A DNA stretch of 64,000 bases. Origin: Desulfobacteraceae bacterium (lineage in GTDB: Bacteria; Desulfobacterota; Desulfobacteria; Desulfobacterales; Desulfosarcinaceae). Within the stretch, counting starts at the first letter, position 1; every line of letters begins with the position of its first letter. A program made the translations under genes and the position numbers. Shown here piece by piece: positions 29,258-40,771 of the stretch. The notes under the pieces were generated by a model, which was given only the letters and a program-made list of their open reading frames with translations, searched no databases and was not told the origin of the DNA. The stretch covers positions 2,171 through 66,170 of the forward strand of contig QZKV01000001.1 in the NCBI GenBank assembly GCA_003599575.1, written 5' to 3'.

Positions 29258-30385
29258 TCAGAAGAGTTTGAGCTGGCGGCCTTTTGCCTTGATGCGCAAT
29301 AACCCATCTTCCGGCTGCAAACAGGTATCCTCGGCAGGCTTTTCGGCCGCCCCATAGGTCACCTTGAAACGATCGTTGCCGATGAATTGAACCTGGCGGA
29401 CAGGATCGAAGAACAATTCTTGCTCCTGCCGCGTCACAACCGGCACATTGTAAGGCCGATTGATGTTTCCGACGCTCCCTCCTGAGGCCAACCTGTTGCG
29501 GATAAAATCGGCATGCGCCTGCAGGCGCTGCTCGATGATCTGTCCGGCAAGCTGCGGCAGACCGGCTATTCTTTGAAGCATGATGTCTTGAAAGGCTTGA
29601 TCCACCTCGAATCCCACACTATGGCGGCCGGCGATCATGGCGGCCAACAGGGTGGTGCCGGTGCCGAGAAAAGGGTCCAGGACGGTATCGCCTTTGAGTG
29701 AGAACATATGGATCAGACGGCCAGGGATTTCCAGCGGAAAGGCCGCGCTGCGCTCCCGGGATTTGCCATTGTGAAGCTTTTGGGTGGTGCCGATCAGATT
29801 GAACCAGACATCCGAAAACCACTGGTTGCGTTCTTCCCAGAAATAGGCGCTTTCATGACGGGCTTTTTTCTCCTCCGGCGACTCAAAGGCACGTTTGCCG
29901 CTGCGGCGGAAAATCAAGATAAACTCATGTTCCAGGGTGACATACGCGCTGGGCGGCAGCATGCCCGATCCCATGAATTTGTTGGGTGCATTGGTCGGTT
30001 TGCGCCAGAGGATCAGGGGCAGCGGTGTAAAGCCCAGGGACTGCAATGCGGTCATGACGCGCACATGATTGGCAAACAGACGGAATTCGCCGGCCAGGGT
30101 GCGCACGGCATCGCCGATATTGATGCACACCGTGCCGCCGGGCTTGACGACGCGCGCCAACTGTTCCCAAATCAAATCCAGCAGGCTGTGCATTTGTTCG
30201 AAAGCCCCATCGCCGTCGCCTGCCGACAGCAGTTCTGAGATCGCCGGATCGAAGCTTGCGAAAAGTTCATCCCACATCTGGATCATTGGATAAGGCGGCG
30301 AGGTGACCACCAGGTCGATGGTGTGATCGTCGATCTCTTTCATGGCGGCCGCGTTGCCTATGATGATCCTATGATGGGTATGCAT
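29258..30385 (-). CDS. Beta-class DNA amino-methyltransferase (probably N4-cytosine), orphan
   Basis: Motif IV VTSPPY precedes motif I VLDPFLGTGTT; also AAFP. Confidence 0.9.
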   Translation of the reverse strand: MHTHHRIIIGNAAAMKEIDDHTIDLVVTSPPYPMIQMWDELFASFDPAISELLSAGDGDGAFEQMHSLLDLIWEQLARVVKPGGTVCINIGDAVRTLAGEFRLFANHVRVMTALQSLGFTPLPLILWRKPTNAPNKFMGSGMLPPSAYVTLEHEFILIFRRSGKRAFESPEEKKARHESAYFWEERNQWFSDVWFNLIGTTQKLHNGKSRERSAAFPLEIPGRLIHMFSLKGDTVLDPFLGTGTTLLAAMIAGRHSVGFEVDQAFQDIMLQRIAGLPQLAGQIIEQRLQAHADFIRNRLASGGSVGNINRPYNVPVVTRQEQELFFDPVRQVQFIGNDRFKVTYGAAEKPAEDTCLQPEDGLLRIKAKGRQLKLF

Positions 30386-30640
30386 GCTAAGTGTTTAAAA
30401 CCTCTACAGTTTGAAAAGCAACAGTTTTGTCATGGCGACGCAACGTTTTTTGGGTGTGCTAATGAAGTGCCGTGGAAGGGGAGGGTGCATAGATCGATGG
30501 AGTCTCGAAAAACCCGCAATCCTCTCCGAAGGTCATTTCGGAGCAGGCAGCAATCCTGTATTTTCAAGATCTACCGGAGGCCGGACCCAACCACGTTGCG
30601 GGGGTTCGGCAAGGTTATTGGAGGACCGTTTACGAAGCCA

Positions 30641-31282
30641 TCAAAGTTGTTGCGTTTGTGATAGCCGCTCGTAGATATCCTGGATCATCAAAACCGACAG
30701 TTCCGCCATGACCGCACTCATGGCTTCGGACAGCGCAGCAGGCGTTTTGCTGCCGCAAGGCGCCTTGGCGCGGTAACTCTTCTGGAGGAGAATGCGTCGC
30801 AAGGGGTCAGGATTGCGTGCGTCGATCAATAAAAGATGGATACTTGCGCACGCTTGCGCAGGTTCGGAAAAATCTTCTTCCAGGAACTCTTCCACCCAGC
30901 CGGTCACCGTATGCGTTGGCGCCAGGGCGGTATCCGGCGTCAAAACGGCCTGGAAGCCCCGGCTGTGCTTCAAATCACGGGCCAGAAAGAAGGCGATCAG
31001 TTCTCCGGGTGCGGCGACCCATTGAAAATAGGTATAGGCGTTGCGATGCGATCCTTTATCGGCATAGATGATGCGTTGAGAATTGAACGGCGGCGCTGCG
31101 TTGAAGCGTTCGACACGCAGGACCAGCGGCAGAGCCCGCTCGATCGGCACGACGGCGCCGGGATAGTTGAGGGTATAGTAATGAACCGATCTTGGCGCTG
31201 ACGATGGACGCATGCAGGCACTGGGCAGCAGGATGAAGAAACACAGCAGAAACGTCCAAGTCTGTGACGGTCTCATCTTCAT
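30641..31282 (-). CDS. ABC-type transport auxiliary lipoprotein (PqiC-like)
   Basis: Lipobox-like LPSAC, HYYTL, WVAAPGE; last gene of the mlaEFD-like operon. Confidence 0.85.
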   Translation of the reverse strand: MKMRPSQTWTFLLCFFILLPSACMRPSSAPRSVHYYTLNYPGAVVPIERALPLVLRVERFNAAPPFNSQRIIYADKGSHRNAYTYFQWVAAPGELIAFFLARDLKHSRGFQAVLTPDTALAPTHTVTGWVEEFLEEDFSEPAQACASIHLLLIDARNPDPLRRILLQKSYRAKAPCGSKTPAALSEAMSAVMAELSVLMIQDIYERLSQTQQL

Positions 31283-31318
31283 TTATGGTGCTCCTCACTT
31301 CAATGACGCAGCAAGCCC

Positions 31319-32326
31319 TCAGGGGGCCGCCGGCTTGTCCGGCGGCAAGGTGCTGAAGAGGATCTGTGAAGGCTGGGTCGAAATGCGCTCCAGCAGGCGA
31401 TTCAACGTCTCGCCCGCCTGCTCGATACGACCGAGCGTCGCCTGTACCTGCCGCTGCATACTGTCCACATGACGATCCGTACTCTCGATAAACAGGGTTG
31501 CCGATTCCATGGCCCGCTTGATTTCCTGGGCTGAATCCTTGAGATCGGCGCTGATTTGACGGATATCCTCTCCGCCTGTACTGATGATGCTTTCCAAGTG
31601 ATCTACGGTCTGGCGGATTTCCGTGATGCCGTCGTCGGCATTGACTGCCATTTGGTTCAGACTGCCGGCGGTTTGTTCAAACGAACGCAAGAGCCGATCG
31701 GCTTTTTCCGATTGAACCAGTTGCTGCACGTTTTTGAGCGTGGTGCGCACATCGGCGATCACGGCGTCCAGTTGGGCCTCATCGAGCGTGTGATTGACCT
31801 TTTGAAGGAGCTGCGTCAGTTGATGTGAAATGGTCTGGGTGTCCAGCGCCCTGAAGATATCAAAGACATCTTCAATTCCCTTAAAAATCTTGGATATTTC
31901 CGAGGGCCGGGTCGGCACTACCGGAAAGGGTGCGTTGAAGCCCTGGGGATATACCAGGTGTTCGTTTGCTTTCCGGCGCTCCAGTTCGATGAACATCAGG
32001 CCGGTAATGCCGACCGACTTGAGTTGGGCCGCAATGGCTTCGTTCAAGGTGCGGGCGTCCAAATCAGACTCGATCTTCATCACCACTTCAATGAGTTTTT
32101 CATCGGGCGCCACGCCGATGGTGTGGACACGACCGATATAGACCCCCCGGTACTTGACCGGTGAATCCCTGTCCAGACCCTGAACCGATTCGTCGAAATA
32201 AGCCACGAAAAAGCGGCCCCGCTCCAGGTATTTGGACATGCCGAGCCAAACGATTCCGGCGGCGATCACCGCCAGACCCACGATCAGGAAAATTCCTACG
32301 CTGAATTTGGTTTTCAATGTCGCCAT
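31319..32326 (-). CDS. mlaD: MCE/MlaD family protein
   Basis: N-terminal TM; FDESVQGLDRDSPVKYRGVYIGRV; GITGLMFIEL; coiled-coil tail. Confidence 0.9.
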   Translation of the reverse strand: MATLKTKFSVGIFLIVGLAVIAAGIVWLGMSKYLERGRFFVAYFDESVQGLDRDSPVKYRGVYIGRVHTIGVAPDEKLIEVVMKIESDLDARTLNEAIAAQLKSVGITGLMFIELERRKANEHLVYPQGFNAPFPVVPTRPSEISKIFKGIEDVFDIFRALDTQTISHQLTQLLQKVNHTLDEAQLDAVIADVRTTLKNVQQLVQSEKADRLLRSFEQTAGSLNQMAVNADDGITEIRQTVDHLESIISTGGEDIRQISADLKDSAQEIKRAMESATLFIESTDRHVDSMQRQVQATLGRIEQAGETLNRLLERISTQPSQILFSTLPPDKPAAP

Positions 32327-33105
32327 ACGACCTGCCTGGGCAGATTGGCCTGCCGGTTGAAAAACTGGCGTACGACCGGATTGGGACAGTTGGATTTCAG
32401 CTCGTTGGGATCGCCCTGAGCCACGATCCCTTTGGCCGATTTATCCAACATGACCGCGCGGTGGGCCACCCTTAAGATGATATTGAGCGAATGGGTGATG
32501 ATGACCATGGTGATGCCGAGACTGTGGTTGATGCGCAGGATCAGTTCTTCAATTTCCGCTGATATCACCGGGTCAAGCCCTGCGGTCGGTTCATCCAGGA
32601 ACAGAATCTCCGGATTCAAAGCCAAGGCCCGCGCCAGCGCGGCCCTTTTGATCATGCCGCCGCTGATCTCGGATGGCAGATGGTTTTCATAGCCGCCCAG
32701 GTCGACACTGCACATCTTCATGCGCACCAGGGTGGCGATCGCCGAAGGCGGCAAGTCGGTAAATTCCTGAATCGGAAGCGCTACGTTTTCGGCAATGGTC
32801 ATCGATCCGAACAGGGCTCCGCCTTGGAATAGAATGCCGATTTTGGTCAATGCCTGCTCAAAGCTGCGTTCGTCACCGCTGGTGATATCGATGCCGTCGA
32901 TCAGAATTCGACCGGCAAAGGGTTCCTTCAGGCCCACCAGGTGCCGCAGCAGGGTGGTCTTGCCGCAACCGCTCCCGCCGATGATGGCCAAGATTTCGCC
33001 CCGATAGACCTGCATATGGAGATTCTTCAATATCGGATCGTCGCCGTAGCGGGCTTCAAGATCGCGCACCTGAATGATGGGCATGATTGATCGATGACGG
33101 TTCAT
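32314..33105 (-). CDS. mlaF: MlaF-type ABC ATPase
   Basis: GGSGCGKT, LFQGGALF, ISGGMIKRAALARA, LDEPTAGLDP. Confidence 0.92.
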   Translation of the reverse strand: MNRHRSIMPIIQVRDLEARYGDDPILKNLHMQVYRGEILAIIGGSGCGKTTLLRHLVGLKEPFAGRILIDGIDITSGDERSFEQALTKIGILFQGGALFGSMTIAENVALPIQEFTDLPPSAIATLVRMKMCSVDLGGYENHLPSEISGGMIKRAALARALALNPEILFLDEPTAGLDPVISAEIEELILRINHSLGITMVIITHSLNIILRVAHRAVMLDKSAKGIVAQGDPNELKSNCPNPVVRQFFNRQANLPRQVVWRH

Positions 33106-33106
33106 T

Positions 33107-34249
33107 TCACCAATAGCTGCGAATCACCGCAAAAAGAGAGTCAAATAAAATGATCAAAAAAATACCGCTGACGACGGCCGAAGTCGCCGCATTGCCGACT
33201 TCGGCCGAACCGCCGCGCACTTCGAATCCACGCAAACAGCCGATCCAGGCGATCAATGCGGCAAAAACGATGCTCTTGATCAACCCCCACATGAGTTCGA
33301 AGAGGGACAACGCTCTGAGGGTCTGGTGGATGTAGGTGCTGGCAGTCAGATCCAGCATGCCCACACTGATCACCAGGCCTCCCATAATTGCGAACAGGTC
33401 GGCAAAGAGGGTCAGCAGCGGAACCACCAGGACAGCCGCCGCAATGCGGGGTATGGCCAGAAACAGCGTAGGCGAAAACCCCATGGCAAAGAGTGCATCC
33501 ACTTCGTCCGAGATGCGCATGGTCCCGATTTCGGCCGCATAAGCGGAACCTGAGCGGCCGGCCACAACAATGGCAGTCATGATGGGGCCCAGTTCGGACA
33601 CCATGGCCAAGGCCACCAAACGCGCCACGAATATGCTGGCGCCGAACTGTTCCAGTTGCAGGCTGGAGACAAAGGCCATGATGAGACCGAGCAGAAACAT
33701 GATCATGCCGATGATCGGCACCGCATCCACCCCGGTTTTTTGCATCAGCACGATCGTATCGCCCCAGCGCATTTTTTTTGGATGTAAACCCACTTCTAAG
33801 AAGCAAAGCGCCACCGATCCGAGAAATGAAACCATGAAGCGCAGATCGGCGGCGATTTTAAGGGACGCCTCCCCCAGGCGTAAAATGGCGTTGGGTTGGG
33901 TTTTGAGTTGCAGGGGCGTCCATGCCCCGGGATGGTCGAAATTGGCCAGGGTCAACATTTCGGCCACCTTTGAGGGTGGCTGCGTAATGCGAAAGGGTAT
34001 TTGGCGCTCATCCAAGTGGCTGCGCAGTTCAGCAAGCACCAGGACGCCAAAATCATCAAAGTAGGTGACGCGGTTCAGATCGACCGTAACATGGCGGGGC
34101 TTGCGTTTTTCAACTTCAGACAGGAGTTGGCGTAACAGGCCCGAGGCCACCCGATGGTCGATGCGCCCGAGAAGTTGAATGCCGATGGCGCCATCCTTGC
34201 TGGCAACCAGGTTGTAGAGTTCGGCTTGAAGATGCGCTGGGAGAGCCAT
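33107..34249 (-). CDS. mlaE: MlaE permease with N-terminal STAS domain
   Basis: VDLNRVTYFDDFG (STAS); ELGPIMTAIVVAGRSGSAYAAEIGTM. Confidence 0.93.
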   Translation of the reverse strand: MALPAHLQAELYNLVASKDGAIGIQLLGRIDHRVASGLLRQLLSEVEKRKPRHVTVDLNRVTYFDDFGVLVLAELRSHLDERQIPFRITQPPSKVAEMLTLANFDHPGAWTPLQLKTQPNAILRLGEASLKIAADLRFMVSFLGSVALCFLEVGLHPKKMRWGDTIVLMQKTGVDAVPIIGMIMFLLGLIMAFVSSLQLEQFGASIFVARLVALAMVSELGPIMTAIVVAGRSGSAYAAEIGTMRISDEVDALFAMGFSPTLFLAIPRIAAAVLVVPLLTLFADLFAIMGGLVISVGMLDLTASTYIHQTLRALSLFELMWGLIKSIVFAALIAWIGCLRGFEVRGGSAEVGNAATSAVVSGIFLIILFDSLFAVIRSYW

Positions 34250-34432
34250 CGGTGTATCCGGTTTTGGTAATAACGGTCTATATCAAAACTCCCAATTCGC
34301 TCTGGGATTCGACGTGGATGCTTTGCCGATCATGCTTGTGGAGCAGGAGCGGTCAAGCGCCCCTGCTTGTTTATCGCCTCGGTGCCGGCCGTCGTATCAG
34401 ATTTATCGGCCTTCTGCCGTGAATATGTAGTA

Positions 34433-34663
34433 TTATTTTGTGCCCCGGCCTTCCAGCTGGACATAGAAGGGGTCCAAAGCGGAGCTGGTATGCGTGCTGG
34501 AGATGCCCTGGGCCAAATGGGTCTGGATGCGGTCCAAAATCTCGCAGGAGCGGATGCAACGCGGGAACCGGTATCGCGTGATGCAGTCGCGGCAAGGGCT
34601 TTTGATCAAGTATCCGATTTCGAAATCGAATCTTTTTTTGACATGCAGAGGTCGGTTGTTCAT
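34433..34663 (-). CDS. Small Cys-rich hypothetical protein
   Basis: FDFEIGYLIKSPCRDC...FPRCIRSCEIL; four Cys; fills an otherwise empty intergenic gap. Confidence 0.55.
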   Translation of the reverse strand: MNNRPLHVKKRFDFEIGYLIKSPCRDCITRYRFPRCIRSCEILDRIQTHLAQGISSTHTSSALDPFYVQLEGRGTK

Positions 34664-34954
34664 TATGATGGTACCTGAAATTCTATGAATTGATGAGCAA
34701 GCTGTTTCGTGAACGGGCAGCCACGATGGTCCTGCGTCTATAACGAAATCTCATCTGGGCAACCAGGTGCCTGATGCCGTCCAGCGAATCCATGGCAGCG
34801 CCTTTCGCCTGAGCGGTTTCAAAAATAATCATTCCATAGCATAATTTCCGGTGCTGAGAAACCGGTTGATTCAACTGTCGCCAACACATAAAATAAAAAA
34901 TCGTGCCCGTGGGTTTACGCCCAACCCGAATTCACCAAGCGAAGGGGAAGATAA

Positions 34955-35434
34955 ATGCGAATCGGCATGGGATATGATGTGCACCGCCTGGTAGTGGGGC
35001 GGCCGTTGGTTCTGGGCGGCGTGACGATACCGTTTGAAAAAGGTTTGCTGGGACACTCGGACGCAGACGTATTGGTCCATGCGACTTGCGATGCACTGTT
35101 GGGTGCGGCCGGTCTGGACGATATCGGGGTTCATTTTCCGGACACGGATGCGCATTTCAAGGATATCTACAGCATCGAGCTTCTTCGGCGCACCGCACAC
35201 ATGGTGCTTGAACGGGGTTTCGCGCTAATCAACATGGATGCCACCGTATTCGCCCAATCCCCTAAAATCGCTCCCTATCGCGACGCCATGCGACAGGCCA
35301 TGGCCGAAGCACTCCAGATAACCGCGGATCGCATCAACATCAAAGCCACAACAACCGAAGATCTCGGACCAATCGGAGCTGGAGAGGGTATGGCAGCCAT
35401 GTGCGTGGTGTTATTGGGGGCCGGCGCAGTGTAA
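34955..35434 (+). CDS. ispF: 2-C-methyl-D-erythritol 2,4-cyclodiphosphate synthase
   Basis: MRIGMGYDVH, GHSDADV, DIGVHFPDTD, NIKATTTE. Confidence 0.97.
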   Translation: MRIGMGYDVHRLVVGRPLVLGGVTIPFEKGLLGHSDADVLVHATCDALLGAAGLDDIGVHFPDTDAHFKDIYSIELLRRTAHMVLERGFALINMDATVFAQSPKIAPYRDAMRQAMAEALQITADRINIKATTTEDLGPIGAGEGMAAMCVVLLGAGAV

Positions 35435-35700
35435 TTTCAGGGCCGGGAAGTCGTTTTCGGCCGAGCGCTTCTGGACTCATCGATCCGTAAATGCTGAGCG
35501 TATGCAGCCCGCATTTCTTTGAAAAAAGGCTTGTCCGGTTTTTTCGATCCGGTCGGGGTTAGGACGGCGCATACGAACGCGGGCAGGAAAGCGCACTTCG
35601 GTGCGGCTTTACATATCCACCCAGGGCCCTTATTCTTTTCAAGTCATCAATTACATTAAGTAAAGTTACTCTTTGAACGGCGCGGCACATCGGCAACCAC

Positions 35701-37692
35701 ATGCAGAAATTCAAACTCATTTCCGATTATTCACCCCAGGGGGACCAGCCTGATGCCATTGCGCGTTTGTGCCGGGGATTGGGCGAGCGCGTAAAAGACC
35801 AGGTTTTGCTGGGTGTCACCGGCTCCGGTAAAACATTCACCATGGCCCATGTCATCGCTGCGATGAACCGTCCCGCATTGGTGATCGCTCCCAACAAAAC
35901 CCTGGCCGCCCAGCTCTATCACGAATTCAAGCAGCTTTTTCCTGAAAATGCCGTCGAGTATTTTGTCAGCTATTACGATTACTATCAACCCGAAGCCTAC
36001 ATCCCTGCGAGCGATACCTACATCCAAAAAGATTCCTCCATCAACGACCTGATCGATAAGATGCGCCATTCCGCCACCCGTTCGGTTTTGTCACGCCGTG
36101 ATGTATTGGTGGTGGCCAGCGTTTCATGCATCTTCGGTCTCGGCGCGCCGGAAGATTATTTAGGCATGCGGGTCGATTTGCAAACCGAAATGATCCTTTC
36201 GCGCGATCAACTGCTGCATGACCTGGTGGCCATGCACTACGAGCGCAATGACATCGATTTTCATCGCGGCACCTTTCGGGTCAGAGGCGACCGCGTTGAA
36301 ATTTTCCCCGCCTACGAAGAAAATCAAGCCTTGCGCATCGATTTCTTTGGGGACAATGTCGATGCCGTCCATGAGATCGATCCGTTGCGGGGCCTGACGC
36401 TGCGCGCGTTGAAAGCCGCTACCGTGTTTCCGGCCAGCCATTATGTCACCTCCAAGCAGACGCTGCAGCGCGCCATTCAGACGATCAAGGAAGAGTTGAA
36501 GGGACGCGTCGATTATTTCAGAAATGAGAACAAATTGATCGAGGCCCAGCGGGTCGAGGAGCGTACCCTCTTCGACATGGAGATGATTCAGGAGCTGGGG
36601 TTTTGCAACGGCATCGAAAACTATTCGCGCCACTTGACCGGGCGGCAGGCCGGCGAACCCCCGCCGACCCTGATCGACTACTTTCCTTCCGATTACTTGA
36701 TGTTTATCGATGAAAGCCATATCGCCGTACCGCAAATACGCGGCATGTACAGAGGCGATCGCTCACGCAAGGAAACATTGGTGCAATATGGATTCCGACT
36801 GCCCTCCGCCCTGGACAACCGGCCGTTGCGGTTCGATGAATGGCGCAGCCGGGTCGGTCAGGTGATCTATGTTTCGGCCACGCCGGCCGAATATGAAATG
36901 GAAAAAGCCCGCGGGGCCGTGGTGGAACAGATCGTGCGCCCCACCGGACTGGTCGATCCGCAGGTGATGGTACGCGAGGCCGGTCACCAGGTGGATGATC
37001 TTTATGCGGAAATCGTGCTGCGCAAGGAACGCAACGAGCGTGTGCTGGTCACCACCCTGACCAAACGCATGTCCGAGGACCTGAGTGAGTATTATGCCGA
37101 CTTGGGCTTGGCCGTACGTTATCTGCACTCGGACATCAGCACACTTGAACGCATGGAAATCATCCGGGAATTGCGCATGGGCAAATTCGATGTGCTTGTC
37201 GGAATCAACTTGCTGCGCGAGGGCCTGGATATCCCCGAGGTGGGCCTGGTGGCCATTTTAGATGCGGACAAGGAGGGCTTTCTGCGATCCGCTCGCTCTC
37301 TGATACAAACGTTCGGCCGGGCAGCGCGCAATGTACACGGCATGGTCATTCTCTACGCGGATACTTTCACGCCGGCCATGGAACAGGCCATCGGCGAAAC
37401 CGAACGCAGGCGCCGAATTCAGATTGACTTCAATGCCGCCAACGGCATTGTACCGCAATCGATCAAGAAGAACATCACCGCGCTGTTCGACACGGTCTAC
37501 CAAAGGGAAGCGGGCGCGTCGACCATTGCCGAGCCGGCCGCGTCCTTCCAGCTGGTGGAAAAATGGGAGCAAACCATCGCGGGTTTGGAAAAAGAGATGC
37601 ATCAGGCGGCCCGCGATCTGGAATTCGAACGGGCCGCCGATCTCCGGGACAGGATCAAACAGCTCAAACAGAAGATCATCTATGAACTATAG
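35701..37692 (+). CDS. uvrB: Excinuclease ABC subunit B
   Basis: [28 protein letters not shown]-terminal UVR domain FERAADLRD. Confidence 0.98.
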   Translation: MQKFKLISDYSPQGDQPDAIARLCRGLGERVKDQVLLGVTGSGKTFTMAHVIAAMNRPALVIAPNKTLAAQLYHEFKQLFPENAVEYFVSYYDYYQPEAYIPASDTYIQKDSSINDLIDKMRHSATRSVLSRRDVLVVASVSCIFGLGAPEDYLGMRVDLQTEMILSRDQLLHDLVAMHYERNDIDFHRGTFRVRGDRVEIFPAYEENQALRIDFFGDNVDAVHEIDPLRGLTLRALKAATVFPASHYVTSKQTLQRAIQTIKEELKGRVDYFRNENKLIEAQRVEERTLFDMEMIQELGFCNGIENYSRHLTGRQAGEPPPTLIDYFPSDYLMFIDESHIAVPQIRGMYRGDRSRKETLVQYGFRLPSALDNRPLRFDEWRSRVGQVIYVSATPAEYEMEKARGAVVEQIVRPTGLVDPQVMVREAGHQVDDLYAEIVLRKERNERVLVTTLTKRMSEDLSEYYADLGLAVRYLHSDISTLERMEIIRELRMGKFDVLVGINLLREGLDIPEVGLVAILDADKEGFLRSARSLIQTFGRAARNVHGMVILYADTFTPAMEQAIGETERRRRIQIDFNAANGIVPQSIKKNITALFDTVYQREAGASTIAEPAASFQLVEKWEQTIAGLEKEMHQAARDLEFERAADLRDRIKQLKQKIIYEL

Positions 37693-37757
37693 AATTTTAC
37701 TTTTTAGGTTTATGTTTCAATACTTTACATTTTAACCGCATACTTTTGCTTCAAGCT

Positions 37758-39611
37758 ATGATCGAAGACACCCAGGACAGCCTTTTTTCAGACGCCCACC
37801 CGCTTGCCAAAGATGTGCCGCACGTTGTGCCGCTGCCGGGTGTCTATCTCATGCGGGACAACACCGGCACAATTATATATGTGGGAAAGGCGCGCAACCT
37901 AAGAAAGCGGCTTCAATCCTATTTCCAGGTCAATCGCCCGCATGACCCCAAAACGAGCATGCTGCTGTCCAGGGCGGCCTCTTTTGAGACCATTACGACG
38001 CACACCGAAAAAGAAGCCTTCATCCTTGAGTCCAACCTGATCAAACGCCACCGGCCGCGCTACAATGTCAATTTAAAGGATGACAAACGCTATCCGTCTC
38101 TAAGGCTCAATATCGCCGCGCCTTATCCCAATTTGAGCATTGTCCGCAAACCGGCCAAGGACGGCGCCCTCTATTTCGGTCCATATGCCTCGGCCGGCGC
38201 CGTGCGGCAAACACTCAAGTTCATCAACAAAACGTTTAAGCTTTGCAAATGTCGCTGCGAACCACTGAAAAAGAGGGCTCGCCCATGCCTTAACTACCAG
38301 ATGGGCCTATGCATGGGCCCCTGCTTTTCGGAGGTTGATCGTGAAGCTTATAAGGAAGCCGTCCACGAAGTGATTGCTTTTTTAAGGGGGCGAACCCCGG
38401 CGTTGATTCGCAAAATTGAAAAGCAGATGGCGGCCGCTGCTCAGACCCAAAACTTCGAACGGGCGGCCATGCTGCGCGACAAGATGTTCGCCTTACGCCA
38501 AACGCTGGAAAAGCAGGTTTCGGTCACCACCGACTTCAAAGATCGCGATGTGGTGGGGATTGCCGTTGAAAACGAACTGTCGGTGGTGACGCTGCTCAGA
38601 GTGAGAGGCGGTTTTTTGCTGGGCAGCCGCCATTTCGTTTTCGAAAATGCCATGGGGTCGGAGCCAGAACAGATCGATGCCTTTCTGCGTCAGTACTACA
38701 CAGCCTCTCCTTCAATCCCCAGAGAGGTGATCGCCAGCCACCTGCCGGCGGATAAGAACCTGGTGGAAGAGGTGCTGTCCGAACAAAAAGGCGCCAAAGT
38801 GACCCTTGCGGCCCCTCAGCGCGGAGATAAGGAGAAACTGGTCCGCATGGCGTTGCAGAATGCCAGGCAGGCCCTTGAAGAGCAGTTCCGCCAGAAGGAC
38901 AGCAGCCTGGACCTGTTGCAGCGGCTTCAAAAACAATTGCGTTTGCAACGCCTGCCCAGACGCATCGAATGTTTCGACAACTCGAATCTGGGCGCAACCG
39001 AACCGGTTGCGGGCATGGTGGTGTTTGAAAACGGACTTGCCCAGCCTTCGGCTTTCCGGCGTTATAAGCTCAAGCCTTCCAGTAAACCAGACGATTACGC
39101 TTATATGGCCGAGGTGCTGCGTCGCCGATACGAAAAAGAGGATGCACTGAAACCGCACCCCGATTTGCTGCTGGTGGATGGCGGCAAAGGCCAGTTGAAC
39201 GTGGCCATGGCCATTCTGACGGACCTGAATTTGACCGGAGCCTTCGATGTGGCCGGTATTGCCAAAAAGAACCCTTACGCGGGAGAACATCAGGATAAGA
39301 TCTATTTGCCCGCACGCGCCAATCCGGTTCAATTCAGCCGCGAACAGGATCTGCTGCTGTTCCTGCAGCGCATTCGCGACGAGGCCCATCGCTTTGCCGT
39401 CGGCTTTCAGCGCAAGCGGCGCCAAGGTCGGGCGATGCACTCTCTGCTCGACGGCATCAACGGCATCGGACCAAAGCGCAAAGCCCAACTGCTGAAACAT
39501 TTCGGCAGCCTGGCGCGGATAGGGTCGGCCTCGCTCGAGGAACTTACATCGCAGCCCGGAATCTCCGAGTCACTGGCCCGCTCGATCAAAGAGGCTTTGG
39601 AAGTCCATTAA
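37758..39611 (+). CDS. uvrC: Excinuclease ABC subunit C
   Basis: GIY-YIG PGVYLM...IYVGKA, IECFDNS, DGGKGQ, RDEAHRFA, HhH GIGPKR; alternative TTG start at 37746. Confidence 0.97.
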   Translation: MIEDTQDSLFSDAHPLAKDVPHVVPLPGVYLMRDNTGTIIYVGKARNLRKRLQSYFQVNRPHDPKTSMLLSRAASFETITTHTEKEAFILESNLIKRHRPRYNVNLKDDKRYPSLRLNIAAPYPNLSIVRKPAKDGALYFGPYASAGAVRQTLKFINKTFKLCKCRCEPLKKRARPCLNYQMGLCMGPCFSEVDREAYKEAVHEVIAFLRGRTPALIRKIEKQMAAAAQTQNFERAAMLRDKMFALRQTLEKQVSVTTDFKDRDVVGIAVENELSVVTLLRVRGGFLLGSRHFVFENAMGSEPEQIDAFLRQYYTASPSIPREVIASHLPADKNLVEEVLSEQKGAKVTLAAPQRGDKEKLVRMALQNARQALEEQFRQKDSSLDLLQRLQKQLRLQRLPRRIECFDNSNLGATEPVAGMVVFENGLAQPSAFRRYKLKPSSKPDDYAYMAEVLRRRYEKEDALKPHPDLLLVDGGKGQLNVAMAILTDLNLTGAFDVAGIAKKNPYAGEHQDKIYLPARANPVQFSREQDLLLFLQRIRDEAHRFAVGFQRKRRQGRAMHSLLDGINGIGPKRKAQLLKHFGSLARIGSASLEELTSQPGISESLARSIKEALEVH

Positions 39612-39793
39612 AAACAAAATGCCGGAAGCGATGAGCTAAGCAGCTAACCGGATGACCATGAGTTGGAACATCATCAGGATTGCTGATTGACATCTTTTTT
39701 TATTTATGGTTTCGCATTTTTTCGGCTTTCTCCAGACCGCCCACAAATGGTTTCATTCCTTTAACCTTTACTTTAAATAGATGGAGATGAACT

Positions 39794-40771
39794 ATGAAAA
39801 AACCCGTGCGTATCACGATTACCGGCGCAGCCGGCCAGATCAGTTACTCCCTCATTTTCCGTATCGCCCATGGCGATATGCTTGGACCGGAGCAACCAGT
39901 GGTCCTGCAATTGCTGGAAATCCCGCCGGCCATGAAAGCACTCAACGGTGTCATCATGGAATTGCAGGATTGTGCTTTCCCCCTGCTGGCCGGCGTGGCG
40001 GCCAGCGATGATCCCAATGTGGCCTTCAAAGACACCGACTACGCGCTTCTGGTGGGCGCCAGGCCGCGCGGGCCGGGCATGGAAAGATCCGATCTGCTCA
40101 AAGTCAATGCTGAAATTTTCTCTGTCCAGGGCAAGGCACTGGACCAACATGCCAGTCGCGCTGTGAAGGTGCTGGTGGTCGGAAATCCCGCCAATACCAA
40201 TGCATTGATCACACAGAAAAATGCTCCCGGTTTAAACCCGCGCAATTTTACCGCCATGATGCGACTGGATCATAACCGCTCGCTTGCCCAATTGGCCCAA
40301 AAGACAGGCAGCCATGCCAGCCAAATCGAAAAGATGGCGGTATGGGGCAACCACTCGTCCACCCAATATCCGGATATCAGCAATGCCACCGTCAACGGGG
40401 AGTTGGTGAAAACCAAAGTTGACCAGGATTGGTATGTGAAGGAGTTCATCCCTACGGTGCAACAGCGCGGTGCCGCCATTATCAAGGCCCGCGGTGCTTC
40501 CAGCGCCGCATCGGCCGCCGCCGCGGCCATCGACCATATGCGTGATTGGGCTCTGGGCAGCAGCGGAAAATGGGTCAGCATGGGCGTCTACAGCGCAGGC
40601 AACTCTTACGGTATCAACCCGGATATCATTTACTCTTTTCCCATTGTTTGCGAAAAAGGCGAGTGGCGCGAGGTGCCAAACTTGGAGATCAGCGACTTCA
40701 GCCGCGCCCGATTGCAGCTCACCGAAAAAGAACTGCTGGAAGAAAAATCGGCCATTGCGGATCTGATCTGA
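39794..40771 (+). CDS. mdh: Malate dehydrogenase (dimeric type)
   Basis: [43 protein letters not shown]. Confidence 0.97.
   Translation: MKKPVRITITGAAGQISYSLIFRIAHGDMLGPEQPVVLQLLEIPPAMKALNGVIMELQDCAFPLLAGVAASDDPNVAFKDTDYALLVGARPRGPGMERSDLLKVNAEIFSVQGKALDQHASRAVKVLVVGNPANTNALITQKNAPGLNPRNFTAMMRLDHNRSLAQLAQKTGSHASQIEKMAVWGNHSSTQYPDISNATVNGELVKTKVDQDWYVKEFIPTVQQRGAAIIKARGASSAASAAAAAIDHMRDWALGSSGKWVSMGVYSAGNSYGINPDIIYSFPIVCEKGEWREVPNLEISDFSRARLQLTEKELLEEKSAIADLI

Noticed and set aside
35650-35670. TTACATTAAGTAAAGTTACT palindromic stretch upstream of uvrB as a possible SOS box
   Set aside because: Short and AT-rich, with no match to a LexA consensus I can state confidently.
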